Source: Phyllobates terribilis (Eukaryota). Taken from it: a DNA stretch of 64,000 bases. A program made the position numbers and the translations under genes. Positions 23,793 to 36,394 of the stretch are shown piece after piece (the first letter of the stretch is position 1; every line of letters starts with the position of its first letter). The stretch lies in the NCBI RefSeq assembly GCF_046119375.1, contig NW_027362762.1:683798001-683862000 (forward strand). Reading direction: 5' to 3'. Below the pieces are notes generated by a model. It was not told where the DNA came from. It saw only the letters and a list, made by a program, of their open reading frames with translations, and did not search any database.

Positions 23793-26700
23793 AGTTGGAA
23801 CTGTGAGATTCACTACGTGCACCACTGGTATTTTGTGGAAAAGCACATGTAAGATTCTGCAACAGTCTCTGCTGATACTCCTGCATGCGTGCATCCCTTT
23901 CTATGGCAGGAATAATTTCTGCAAATTTACTTTTGTACCGGGGATCTAACAGTGTGGCAACCCAGTAGTCAGGATTATTTCTAATTCTCACAATTCGAGG
24001 GTCATGTTGCAGGTAGTGCAGCAAGAAGGCACTCATGTGTGTTGCGCATCCAGGAGCACCAAGTCCCTGTTGTGTTGGTGGCGAGGTAACAATCATGCTT
24101 CCTTCCTCTGTCCTCTCCCCCCAACCTCGCACAACAGAAATGTGATCAAGGTCTCCTTCATCTGATGAGTCTTCCATCAGTTCGTCCTCCACTTCTTCCT
24201 GGGCTCCTGCACCTTCCTCACTAGTTTGGCTGCTACCATGCGCCCTGGTAAAATCATCTCCCCCACCCTCACATGCCTGCCGCCCTGGTGCTGCCGACCG
24301 TCTGGACCTTGCAGATGTTAGCCCTTCCACATACAACTCCTCCTCCTCTACTTCCTCCACCTCCTCTTGTGCCACCACCTGACTCCGAATTCTGTTTAAC
24401 ATGTGCTCCAGCATGTAAATCACCGGAATAGTCATGCTGATAATGGCATCGTCAGCACTAAACATCTTCGTCGCCATTTCAAAACTGTGCAGAAGGGTGC
24501 ATAGGTCCCTGATCTGAGACCACTCCTCCAGCGTGATTTGCCCCACCTCTGAATCTCGTTGGCCCAGGCTATACGTCAGAACGTATTGCACCAGGGCTTG
24601 TCGGTGCTGCCACAGTCGCTGCAACATGTGCAGAGTTGAATTCCACCGGGTAGGCACATCGCATTTTAGCCGGTGAAGTGGCAGGCCCAACAACTTCTGT
24701 AGAGATGTAAGTCGCTGAGCTGCGGGATGCGAACGGCGGAAGTGAGCACACAGCGACCGTGCTCTCTGCAGAAGGCCATCTAGTCTGGGATAGTGGGCTA
24801 AAAATTGCTGGACAACCAGGTTCAACACGTGAGCCATACAAGGCACGTGTGTGACATTGCCCCGGCGAAGGGCCGCACCCAGGTTTGCAGCATTGTCGCA
24901 CACGGCCTTCCCTGGTTTCAGGTCCAGTGGAGACAACCATTCATGAAATTGGTTCTCCAGAGCTGACCACAACTCCTCAGCTGTGTGACTCACATTTCCC
25001 AGACATTTCAATGTAAAAACCGCCTGATGACGTTGAGCCCTACTGCCAGCATAGTAAGGAGGTGTGCAGGATCCCTTCTGCGCAGTTAGAAAGCTTGTGG
25101 CATGACCAGACAGGCTTTGGGTACAGGTGGAAGACCGAGAGGAGGTTGAGGAGGCAGAAGCAGTGGAGGAAAAATGACATAAAGAGGATTGACGCACAAC
25201 TCGTGGGGACGGCAAGACTTGGACAGCAGCCCCTTGTCCTGCTGTCACCATAGTTACCCAGTGCCCAGTCAGCGACATGTAACGCCCCTGTCCATGCCTA
25301 CTCGTCCAAGTGTCTGTGGTGAAATGCACCCTGTCACACACAGAGTTTCTCAAAGAAGCGGTGATGTTGTGTGCGACATGCTGGTGGAGCGCAGGCACAC
25401 CTTTCTTTGAGAAGTAGTGCCGACTGGGCATCTGGTACTGGGGCACTGCGACGGACATAAGGTCTCGAAAATCCTCTGTGTCCACCAGGCGGAAAGGCAG
25501 CATTTCTGTAGCCAAGAGCTTGCAGATGGTGAAATTCAACCTCTTAGCTTTCTCATGGCTAGGAGGAAATGGTCTTTTACTTGTCCACATCTGAGGGACC
25601 GAGGGCTGGCTATTGTGCTTAGACGGGGTTGATAAGGGTGTCCCCGGCAAACTGCCGGTCTGTGAGGAAGATGCAGGCGGACATGTTAGGTTGCCTTGAT
25701 CCAAAGGTGGTGCTATCGATGTCGGACAGCGCTCAAGACCAGCTGGTGTTACCACCTCCAAAGAAAATGATGACCTGCCAATCACTCTGGCTGTTGCGGG
25801 TAAAGAGGTGGCAGGTCTGCGCCCCAAAACAGGTGTGACTGCTGTCCCCCCAGTCACAGAGGATGAAGAGGCCGCGGATGCACAAGATATGGCAGACGGT
25901 GGTTGGCCCGGCCGGCTAGACCGCATTGTAGCACACTGAGCTTCCCACTGCAACTTATGCTTCATGTCCATGTGCCGGTTCATGCATGAAGTACTCAAAC
26001 TATGTATTTTTTGGCCTCTACTTAGCTTTTGCTGACAAATGTTACAGATAACACGAGTTGGGTCATCTTTATCGATCTGAAAAAATGCCCAGGCTATGCA
26101 AGGCTTAGCACCCATGCGACCTGAAGAGCCACCACGTCTTGTGGTGAGAGGCAGAGTTGTGTTTGAGGATGCAGTTGTTGACGTGCTTCCAGTACTACGT
26201 CTCTGTCCAGGAAGGCGCAACCTGACCTCGTCGTCACTAGCATCTTCCTCCACCTCCTCTGCTGACCTCATCTCTTGGCTGACTGTGGGTTGACAGTAAG
26301 TGGGATCTCCGACCTCATCATCATCACCCTGTGCGTTATCACACCCGTCGTCCTCAGAGCCAACCTGTTCCTGCCCTGACAAAAAACTAAAGTTGTCGCT
26401 CCAATCAGGTATTTGAGTCTTATCATCGTCTTCCTCATTGTCTCCACCAACAGGAGTTACAGTTTGGGAATGAGGGTCTACATTATGGTCAGAACCTTCT
26501 GCGTCTGGTCCTGGATCCGACTCATAAAGATTCTGGGCATCAGTGCAGATCATTTCCTCGTCTGGATTCACAGAAGCGCTGGAGTCGACCTCTGATTCCC
26601 AGGATATAGTATGAGTAAACAGCTCTGCAGACTCAACCATCTGTTCTACCTCATACTCAGACGGGCAGCTGGAGATTTGGGAGCTGTGAGGAAGCAAGTG

Positions 26701-26870
26701 CGATTTGGGTGACACCTTTGAGGACTGGAGTATTTGTGATGTTGAAGTTGATGTGGATGAGAGCCCACTTAAAGGAGCACTTGATATCCGTTGAAGCACC
26801 TGCTGTTTTTGTGCCGCATCTGGAATTTGTAGCGATTAGCGTGGCCGTAAGAAAGGGATCTTATCACATT
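23793..26870 (-). pseudogene. hAT transposase with BED zinc finger; in-frame stop at 26836-26838 and truncated C-terminus
   Basis: WAFF..CNIC..RHMDMKH, TTDTWTS, CDNAAN, CMAHVLNL, CDVPTRWNST and ATLLDPRYK. The region carrying the catalytic Glu and dimerisation domain is absent. The last ~20 aa of the ORF-track product are antisense L1. Confidence 0.92.
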
Positions 26871-27121
26871 GTCCGCTAAAAGAAGTAGACATTTTAGTTT
26901 GGCTGGAAGATGGTCTTTCTTCTGCACCTACCCCACGGACACAACCTTTTTTCCCCTTCCCAACACGCCTATTCCCCTTTCCACCAGCAGCAGGCCTTTT
27001 TCCACTCATTTTGGTGGTTAACTAATTCACAACTCTGGAGTTGTTTGCACAAAAAAACAATGGATGGTAACCGAGCAGAGCTGAGTGGCCAAACTGTGGT
27101 ATTAGGCCAAAACTATTGGCT

Positions 27122-29100
27122 GGGTTAGATGCAGAAAAAAATTATTTTTAATTTGCAACCTGATGGAGGTCAGTATAGATGGACTAATAGACCAAGTCCC
27201 ACACACCGCTAGAAGCCCAAATATTTTTTCAGAGCTACATGCAGAAATTTTTTTTATTCAATTTGCAACCTGATGGAGGTCAGTATAGATGGACTAATAG
27301 ACCAAGTCCCACACACTGCTAGAAGCCCAAATATTTTTTCAGAGCTAGATGCAGAAAAAAATTATTTTTAATTTGCAACCTGATGGAGGTCAGTATAGAT
27401 GGACTAATAGACCAAGTCCCACACACCGCTAGAAGCCCAAATATTTTTTCAGAGCTAGATGCAGAAAAAAATTATTTTTAATTTGCAACCTGATGGAGGT
27501 CAGTATAGATGGACTAATAGACCAAGTCCCACACACCGCTAGAAGCCCAAATATTTTTTCAGAGCTAGATGCAGAAAAAAATTATATTCAATTTGCAACC
27601 TGCTGGAGGTCAGTATAGAAGGACTAATAGAACAAGTCCCACACACTGCTAGAAGCCCAAATATTTTTTCAGAGCTAAATGAAGAAAAAAATTATTTTTA
27701 ATTTGCAACCTGATGGAGGTCAGTATAGATGGACTAATAGACCAAGTCCCACACACTGCTAGAAGCCCAAATATTTTTTCAGAGCTAGATGCAGAAAAAA
27801 ATTATTTTTAATTTGCAACCTGATGGAGGTCAGTATAGATGGACTAATAGACCAAGTCCCACACACTGCTAGAAGCCCAAATATTTTTTCAGAGCTAGAT
27901 GCAGAAAAAAATTATTTTTAATTTGCAACCTGATGGAGGTCAGTATAGATGGACTAATAGACCAAGTCCCACACAGCGCTAGAAGCCCAAATATTTTTTC
28001 AGAGCTAGATGCAGAAAAAAATTATATTCAATTTGCAACCTGCTGGACGTCAGTATAGAAGGACTAATAGTACAAGTCCCACACACTGCTAGAAGCCCAA
28101 ATATTTTTTCAGAGCTAGATGCAGAAAAAAATTATTTTTAATTTGCAACCTGATGGAGGTCAGTATAGATGGACTAATAGAACAAGTCCCACACGCTGCT
28201 AGAAGCCCAAATATTTTTTCAGAGATAAATGAAGAAAAAAATTATTTTTAATTTGCAACCTGATGGAGGTCAGTATAGATGGACTAATAGACCAAGTCCC
28301 ACACACTGCTAGAAGCCCAAATATTTTTTCAGAGCTAGATGCAGAAAAAAATTATTTTTAATTTGCAACCTGATGGAGGTCAGTATAGATGGACTAATAG
28401 ACCAAGTCCCACACACCGCTAGAAGCCCAAATATTTTTTCAGAGCTAGATGCAGAAAAAAATTATATTCAATTTGCAACCTGCTGGACGTCAGTATAGAA
28501 GGACTAATAGAACAAGTCCCACACACTGCTAGAAGCCCAAATATTTTTTCAGAGCTAAATGAAGAAAAAAATTATTTTTAATTTGCAATCTGATGGAGGT
28601 CAGTATAGATGGACTAATAGACCAAGTCCCACACACTGCTAGAAGCCCAAATATTTTTTCAGAGCTAGATGCAGAAAAAAATTATTTTTAATTTGCAACC
28701 TGATGGAGGTCAGTATAGATGGACTAATAGACCAAGTCCCACACACCGCTAGAAGCCCAAATATTTTTTCAGAGCTAGATGCAGAAAATTTTTTTATTCA
28801 ATTTGCAACCTGATGGAGGTCAGTTTAGATGGACTAATAGACCAAGTCCCACACACTGCTAGAAGCCCAAATATTTTTTCAGAGCTAGATGCAGAAAAAA
28901 ATTATTTTTAATTTGCAACCTGATGGAGGTCAGTATAGATGGACTAATAGAACAAGTCCCACACGCTGCTAGAAGCCCAAATATTTTTTCAGAGCTAGAT
29001 GCAGAAAAAAATTATATTCAGTTTGCAACCTGATGGAGGTCAGTATAGATGGACTAATAGAATGATGCTATGCCCAAAATATTTTACTTCACTAGGTGCA
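27122..29100. repeat. 110-bp tandem array, ~18 units, upstream of the hAT transposase
   Basis: TG(A/C)TGGA(G/C)GTCAGT recurs at 27161, 27271 ... 29031, exactly every 110 bp. Confidence 0.97.
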
Positions 29101-29978
29101 GTAAAAAAATTGGTATTCTATACACAGGTGGTATATCTTGCAACACAGATAGGCTACTCCACTGACTAACACACTCTGCAATAGGCCAAAAAGGATTAGC
29201 TTTGCTAGATTCAGCCAAATGCTGTGAAAAAAACTTGCACAGCACTGGCACAGACCTGCCTGGCAAAAACTGATAGGAATTGATGTAACTTAGTCCTGAA
29301 AAGGACTCCAATTACAATTAGTCTTTACTCCCACAATCTATCTATTTAAGAGCACAGACCTGCCTGATAAAAGTCGTAGGAAATGCTGTAACCTAGTCCT
29401 TAAAAGGACTGCAATCACAACTATTCCCTACTCCCAAGCTATCTGTAGATTTGTGCGAAAATTGGCTTGAAATTAACAAGGTATAGCGCACACAGCAATA
29501 GCGGTGCCGTCTAACACGCAGCTGCAGCAGTGAGAAAATGGTGGCGATGGGGAAAATGGCTTGGTCTTATAGGGCAAGGACATGTGACATACACTGCCAA
29601 TCACACATGCCCTTGCTTGTGTGAAAAAAAGCACTTCGCTCCGTGTGTGCGCTGCTGATAGGCTGACAGATTGCACCTCCCCACTGCAAATGCGGGAAAG
29701 AGAAAAAAAAATGGAGATCTTCATTGTTCCTGCAGAGATCCATCCCCTGCCCCTCCCCCCGCCCCGCTGTACACTCAAACTGCGTATTAACATTAATTTT
29801 CATCATTACTGAGAAAAAATCCAGTTATGATTTTGGTGCACGAACAGTTATCGAACATAACCTCGAACAGCCGAATTTTTCTCAAATTGTTCGTGTTCGC
29901 CGACCGGCTCGAACACCGCCCAAAACAGCTCGAATTTGAGATTGGCGAACAGTTCGAGTAGAACAACGCTCATCTCTA

Positions 29979-30486
29979 CTCCTCAGTGTCTGGCTGTGAC
30001 GGTATAAAGATGAGCCGAGGTCATGTCCAATGAACTCAGCTCACCTCATGCACATCACTGACAGCGTGGGAAAATTCTCCTGCGCATGCGGTGAGTGCAG
30101 GAGAATTTTCCCATGCTGTCAGTGACGTGCATGAGGTGAGCTCATGTCCAATGAACTCGGCTCACCTCATGCACGTCACTGACAGCGTGGGAAAATTCTC
30201 AGCGCTCAGCGCTTCAGCAGGAGAATTCTCCCACGCTGGAATGGCATTGAGATGGCAGGCTGGATGGCAGCTGAGCGCTGCCATCCAGCCTGCCATCCTT
30301 CATAGACACATGTTCATTGGACATGAGCTCACCTCATGCTCGTCACTGACAGTGTGGGAAAATTCTCCTGCACTCACCGCATGCGCAGGAGAATTTCCCA
30401 CGCTGTCAGTGACGTGCATGAGGTGAGCTGAGTTCATTGGACATGACCTCGGCTCATCTTTATGCCGTCACAGCCAGACACTGAGG
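29979..30486. repeat. Nested palindrome forming the centre of the foldback element
   Basis: CTCCTCAGTGTCTGGCTGTGACGG...CCGTCACAGCCAGACACTGAGGAG, with internal hairpins. Confidence 0.9.
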
Positions 30487-31552
30487 AGCGCAAGCATGCC
30501 TGCGCTTCTCAGTGTCTGCCGCATGGCAAGCTGGATGGCAGCGTTCTGCTGCGCTCCAGCCTATCATGTGAATGTAGCAGAGCTGAAGCTGTCGTGGGAA
30601 CCATGGAAAGGTAAGGATGATGTTGCTTTATTATTTTACTTTTATTGCAGGAGATCGTTGGCTTCAGCTGGAATGGGCGTGATGGTAAGTATGGTTTAAT
30701 TTAGAGCAATAAAGAATTGTGCCTTTATTTCAATTAAAGGACTTTATTCTGGGTGTTTGTGTTTTTTTTTTAACTTTGACTATGGGGTTAGTAATGGGGT
30801 GTCTTATAGACGCCTCTCCATTACTAACCTGGGCTTGATGTCAGCTGGCATTATAAGCTGACATCAACCCCAACCCTATTACCCCACTGCCACCGCTACA
30901 GGGCAGTGGGAAGAGCGAGGCTAAGTGCCAGAATTGGCGCATCCTATAGATGCGCCATTTCTGGGGTCGCTGACGGCTCGTGTTTCTAGCCTGGGAGGGG
31001 GCCAATATTCATGGCACCCTTTCTGGGCTATTAATATCAGCCCCCAGCTGTCTGCCTAGCCTTTGCTAGCTATTAAAATAGGGAGGACCCCACATCATTT
31101 TTTTGGGGGTCCCCCATTTAAATAGCTAGTAAAGGCTAGGCATTCAGCTGGGGGCTGATATTAGTAGCCTGGGAAGCTCCGTGGGTATTAACCCCTTCCC
31201 AGGCTTCAAACATCTGCCCAAGCTGTCTGCTTAACCTCCGCTAGAGACTAAAATTACGGGGAACCCCACGCCAATTTTTTTTTTAATAAATCCTTTATTT
31301 TTACACTAAATGACAAGTACAGTAATCAACACTATCACTGTACTTCTTATATATGTGACTGACATGTTTCTATCTATCTAATCTATGTGTGATGCTCTAT
31401 TCTTTCTGTTATAAATTGTCGGGTACCGATGCTGAATTGCCGGCCGGCTTTTTTAAAGAGACGGTGCATGAAAACACTAATATTTTTTTTAATAAATCCT
31501 TTAACACTAAATGACAAGTACAGTAACCAACACTGTCACTGTACTTCTTATA

Positions 31553-33180
31553 CAGTACAGACCAAAAGTTTGGACACACCTTCTCATTTAAAGATTTTTC
31601 TGTATTTTCATGACTATGAAAATTGTACATTCACACTGAAGGCATCAAAACTATGAATTAACACATGTGGAATTATATACTTAACAATAAAGTGTGAAAC
31701 AACTGAAAATATGTCTTATATTCTGGGTTCTTCAAAGTAGCCACCTTTTGCTTTGATGACGGCTTTGCACACTCTTGGCATTCTCTTGATGAGCTTCAAG
31801 AGGTAATCACCGGAAATGGTCTTCCAACAATCTTGAAGGAGTTCCCAGAGATGCTTAGCACTTGTTGGCCCTTTTGTCTACACTCTGCGGTCCAGCTCAC
31901 CCCAAACCATCTCGATTGGGTTCAGGTCTGGTGACTGGAGGCCAGGTCATCTGGCGTAGCACCCCATCACTCTCCCTCTTGGTCAAATAGCCCTTACACA
32001 GCCTGGAGGTATGTTTGGGGTCATTGTCCTGTTGAAATATAAATGATGGTCCAACTAAACGCAAACCGGATGGAATAGCATGCCGCTGCAAGATGCTGTG
32101 GTAGCCATGCTGATTCAGTATGCCTTCAATTTTGAATAAATCCCCAACAGTGTCACCAGCAAAGCACCCCCACACCATCACACCTTCTCCTCCATGCTTC
32201 ACAGTGGGAACCAGGCATGTAGAGTCCATCCGTTCACCTTTTCTGCGTCGCACAAAGACACGGTGGTTGGAACCAAAGATCTCAAATTTGGACTCATCAG
32301 ACCAAAGCACAGATTTCCACTGGTCTAATGTCCATTTCTTGTGTTCTTTAGCCCAAACAAGTCTCTTCTGCTTGTTGCCTGTCCTTAGCAGTGGTTTCCT
32401 AGCAGCTATTTTACCATGAAGGCCTGCTGCACAAAGTCTCCTCTTAACAGTTGTTGAAGAGATGTGTCTGCTGCTAGAACTCTGTGTGGCATTGACCTGG
32501 TCTCTAATCTGAGCTGCTGTTAACCTGCGATTTCTGAGGCTGGTGACTCGGATAATCTTATCCTCAGAAGCAAAGGTGACTCTTGGTCTTCCTTTCCTGG
32601 GGCGGTCCTCATGTGAGCCAGTTTCTTTGTAGCGATTGATGGTTTTTGCAACTGCACTTAGGGACACTTTCAAAGTTTTCCCAATTTTTTGGACTGACTG
32701 ACCTTCATTTTTTAAAGTAATGATGGCCACTTGTTTTTCTTTACTTAACTGCTTTTTTCTTGCCATAATACAAATTTTAACAGCCTATTCAGTAGGACTA
32801 TCAGCTGTGTATCCACCAGAGTTCTGCACAATACAACTGATGGTCCCAACCCAATTTATAAGGCAAGAAATCCCACTTATTAAACCTAACAGGGCACACC
32901 TGTGAAGTGAAAACCATTTCCGGTGACTACCTTTTGAAGCTCATCAAGAGAATGCCAAGAGTGTGCAAAGCAGTCATCAAAGCAAAAGGTGGCCACTTTG
33001 AAGAACCTAGAATATAAGACATATTTTCAGTTATTTCACACTTTTTTGTTAAGTATATAATTCCACATGTGTTAATTCATAGTTTTGATGCCTTCAATGT
33101 GAATGTACAATTTTCATAGTCATGAAAATACAGAAAAATCTTTAAATGAGAAGGTGTGTCCAAACTTTTGGTCTGTACTG
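31553..33180 (-). mobile_element. Second DD38E Tc1-like copy
   Basis: TA-CAGTACAGACC...GGTCTGTACTG-TA; same family as 1104-2733. Confidence 0.95.
31716..32766 (-). pseudogene. DD38E transposase with a 2-bp deletion near 31935
   Basis: Open from MARKKQ through FQQDNDPKH; the frame shifts after TWPP. Confidence 0.92.
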
Positions 33181-33578
33181 TATATGTGACTGACATGTTT
33201 CTATCTATCTAATCTATGTGTGATACTCTATTCTTTCTGTTCTAAATTGTCGGGTACCGGTGTATGCCGCTCCTGAATTGCCGCTTTTCATGTTTCACTG
33301 TGAGCAGTGTTCCCACCGATTTGGGCAACCACTGTAATGCCACAACCACCAAGGCTGTGACATTACAGTGAGTGGCAGACAATCCCTGCATGATTGGTGC
33401 TCTAAATAGCGCCAGACATGCAGGACACGCTTTTAGTGCACGAACAGTTATCGAACATAACCTCGAACAGCCGAATTTTTTGCAAATCGTTTGCGTTCGT
33501 CGAACGACTTGAACACCGCCCAAAACAGCTCGAATTTGAGATTGGCGAACAGTTCTAGTCGAACACCGCTCATCTCTA

Positions 33579-33656
33579 ATTCTGACCTCTCCACTCTTAG
33601 TAGGTTGGAAAACTTGCAAAATCGACAGTGTATCAAATACTTTATTTTCCCCAGTG
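33579..33656 (-). mobile_element. Displaced terminal piece of the Tc1 at 18375
   Basis: ...AAACTTGCAAAATCGACAGTGTATCAAATACTTTATTTTCCCCAGTG-TA. Confidence 0.8.
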
Positions 33657-33744
33657 TAGGTGTTCCATGCAAAAATGTAGGCAGTTCATACATACAGTAT
33701 TAGCAAACAGCAAAAAAAAAACACTCATTAGTCCACCCAGTTTA

Positions 33745-34098
33745 GGCCACGTGCACAAATTAAGTGTTTGATGAGATTTTATACCTCAGTGTTTCTAATG
33801 CCAAAACCAGGAGTGGAGCAATCAAAAGGAAAAGTATAATAGAAACACGTGCAAAATACTCAATATGTGCACAAGGTCTTAGTTATTAAACTCATCAGTT
33901 CTTTTTAGACCATGTGCACACGTTGAGTATTTGGTGAGTTTTTTACCTCAGTATTTGTAAGCCAAAACCAGAAGTGTGTAAAAAATGGTGAAGTGGTGAT
34001 GTGTTTCTATTATACTTTTCCTTTAACTGTTCACTCCTGGTTTTGACTTACAAATACAGATGTAGAAAACTCACCAAATACTCAAAGTACACTTGGCC
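33745..34098. mobile_element. PIF/Harbinger-type MITE
   Basis: TTA TSD. TIRs GGCCACGTGCAC and GTACACTTGGCC. Confidence 0.8.
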
Positions 34099-34239
34099 TT
34101 AGTCTGCTCAGCCCTGTATCTAATTCCATCATGTGTCATACAGTGTACTGAGCCCTATATCAACTCCCATCCTGTGTGATACACTCCATGTATCTAATCC
34201 TATGTTTTACACTGTGTATCTAATCCCATCCTGTATGAT

Positions 34240-35645
34240 CGCAAACAAAGGTTTCTGTACCAAATATTAAGTTCTGTTTTTCTATTGTATCAAATACTTA
34301 TTTCATGCAATAAAATGCTAATTAATTATGTAAAAATCATATAATGTGATTTTCTGGATTTGTTTTTTAACCCCTTCACCACCTTTTTTTTTTTGCTACC
34401 CTTGTTCCCATAGCCATAAATTTTTTATTTTTCTGTCAATAAGGCCATGTTGGGGCTTGTTTTTTTGTGGGATGAGTCTTACTTTTGAACGATACCATTG
34501 GTTTTACCATATAGTGTACTGGAAAACAGGAAAAAAATCCAAGTGCGATGAAATGGCAAAAAAAGTGCAATCCCACAATTGTTTTCTTTATTTTTATCAT
34601 GTTCACTAAATGTTGAAACTGACCAGCAATTATGATTCTACAGATCATTACAAGTTCGTAGATACCAAACATGTATAGGTTCCTTATTATGTAAGTGGTG
34701 AAAAAAAATGTAAAAGTTTGTAAAAAAAAAAAAAAAAGCGCCATTTTCCGAGACACATAGCGTCTCCATTTTTCATGATATGGGGCTGGCTAAGGGCTTA
34801 TTTTTTGCGTGCTGAGCTGACATTTTTATTGATACCATTTTGGGGTAGATATGATGTTTTGATCGTCTTTTATTACGTGTTATTGCAATGTTGTGGCAAC
34901 CAAAAAAAATGTAATTCTGGTGTTCTGATTTTTTTCTCTCATGATGTCATTTACCGATCAGATTAATTCTTTTTATATTTTGATAGATCGGGCGATTCTG
35001 AACTCGGCAATAACAAATATGTGTATTTTTTTTTTAATTGTTTTATTTTGAATGGGGCTAAAGGGGGGTGATTTGAACTTTTAATTTTTTTAACATTTTT
35101 AAAAACTTTTTTCTTTACTTTTTACCTGCTTCAATAGTCTCCATGGGAGACTAGAAGCTGCGATCATCCGATCACTTGCACTACACATAGTAAGGCTACA
35201 GCCCTGCTATGTGTAGTAAAACTGCTCATCTGCTATGAGCGCTGGCCACGGGGCGGCACTCATAGCAGTTCGGTAATGACAAACACAGGGGTCTCCTGCA
35301 GACCCCGAGTTGTCATGCCAACCCATTGGCGCCCCGTAATCACGTGACAGGCGCGCCAATGGGAGCTAGTGACACGGGTGGATTGCGATTCCATCCACGA
35401 CTGTTATTGACTAATGAAATCAGCTGACATGTGCCGGAAAAGATGCGGGCTCATCACCGGAGCCCGCATCAAACAGGGGGAGGCGACCTATGACGTACCT
35501 ATACATCATAGGTCATAATGGGGTTAAGATGCTGTCTCTCACACTTGAAATGTACCTACGATAAAAATTACAGACCTCTCCATTTTTTTGTAGGTGGGAA
35601 AACTTGCAAAATCGGCAGTGTATCAAATACTTATTTTTTCCCACT
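34240..35645. mobile_element. Tc1 terminal remnant (34240-34366 plus 35528-35645) interrupted by a TTAA insertion
   Basis: Same TIR family as the 18375 element. Confidence 0.75.
34371..35523. mobile_element. Non-autonomous piggyBac-like element
   Basis: TTAA-CCCCTT...ATGGGG-TTAA. Confidence 0.8.
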
Positions 35646-35859
35646 GTCCATGTATGTCATGTCGGGAAATGGCTCATAATTGGGTCAGCATTATGTTAAT
35701 TACCATAATATTCTAAAACTTGTGTGAAAATGAGCAGTGGTAAGTGCTAAAAGCCACATTCCTTGATTTTTTACAGCATGGAAGGAGGCTTTACCAGGGT
35801 GCTGGCTTGCATAATGACTGAGCAAGAAAGCAAGCCAAGCCTTCTTACCTGTGGCTTAA

Positions 35860-36163
35860 AGGGGTATTCCCATCTCCAAGATCCTATCCCAATATGTAGC
35901 AGGTGTAATAATAATAATAATAATAATATTACCAAATACCTCAAATTAGAAATGTGGTATAGAATTTCTGATTCGCTTCATCTCTTTCCTCATATGCAGG
36001 CATTGCAGGACCTTAGGTATCCATGGTTATGACCATTAATATAGTGATAGTTCTAAAAAGCACATAAAGTGGTAATTGAAAAACAGTAATATAAATATGA
36101 ACATTTTTCATTTTTGTTTATTATGTTGATGTAATTACATTTTAATCTCCTGGGAATACCCCT
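35860..36163. mobile_element. T2/Kolobok-type MITE
   Basis: TTAA-AGGGGTATTCCCA...TGGGAATACCCCT-TTAA. Confidence 0.88.
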
Positions 36164-36394
36164 TTAAAATTACTGTCTCACAAATACAACCTGTGTCTAT
36201 AGAAAGTACTAGGGCAAAAGACAAACATCGAGGGGTAGCCACCATTCAGTATCACAATTCCACAACAGTGGCCAGTTATGACTTCAGTGACCATATTTTT
36301 AAAAATAAACAAAAAAGACTGACCGTCACTTCCAAAACAAGAAATAGGTGTGTACAGGTGCTTACTAGGAGCAGCCATCTGCATACACAACCAA

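Larger units (their letters stand above)
21077..29978 (-). mobile_element. 8.9-kb composite hAT transposon
   Basis: TIRs TAGTGTTGAGC and TAGAGATGAGC. Perfect 8-bp TSD CTCCTCAG (21069-21076 and 29979-29986). Internal transposase. Confidence 0.95.
19677..33578. mobile_element. hAT-type non-autonomous foldback element hosting two large insertions
   Basis: Termini TAGTGTTGAGC and GCTCATCTCTA. ~1.2-kb internal arms (19886-21076 versus 30480-31552 plus 33181-33290) are inverted. Only ATTC is duplicated at the flanks. Confidence 0.8.

Noticed and set aside
27122-29100. Regular array as a possible CRISPR
   Set aside because: Whole 110-bp units are near-identical with no unique spacers, there are no cas genes, and the context is eukaryotic.
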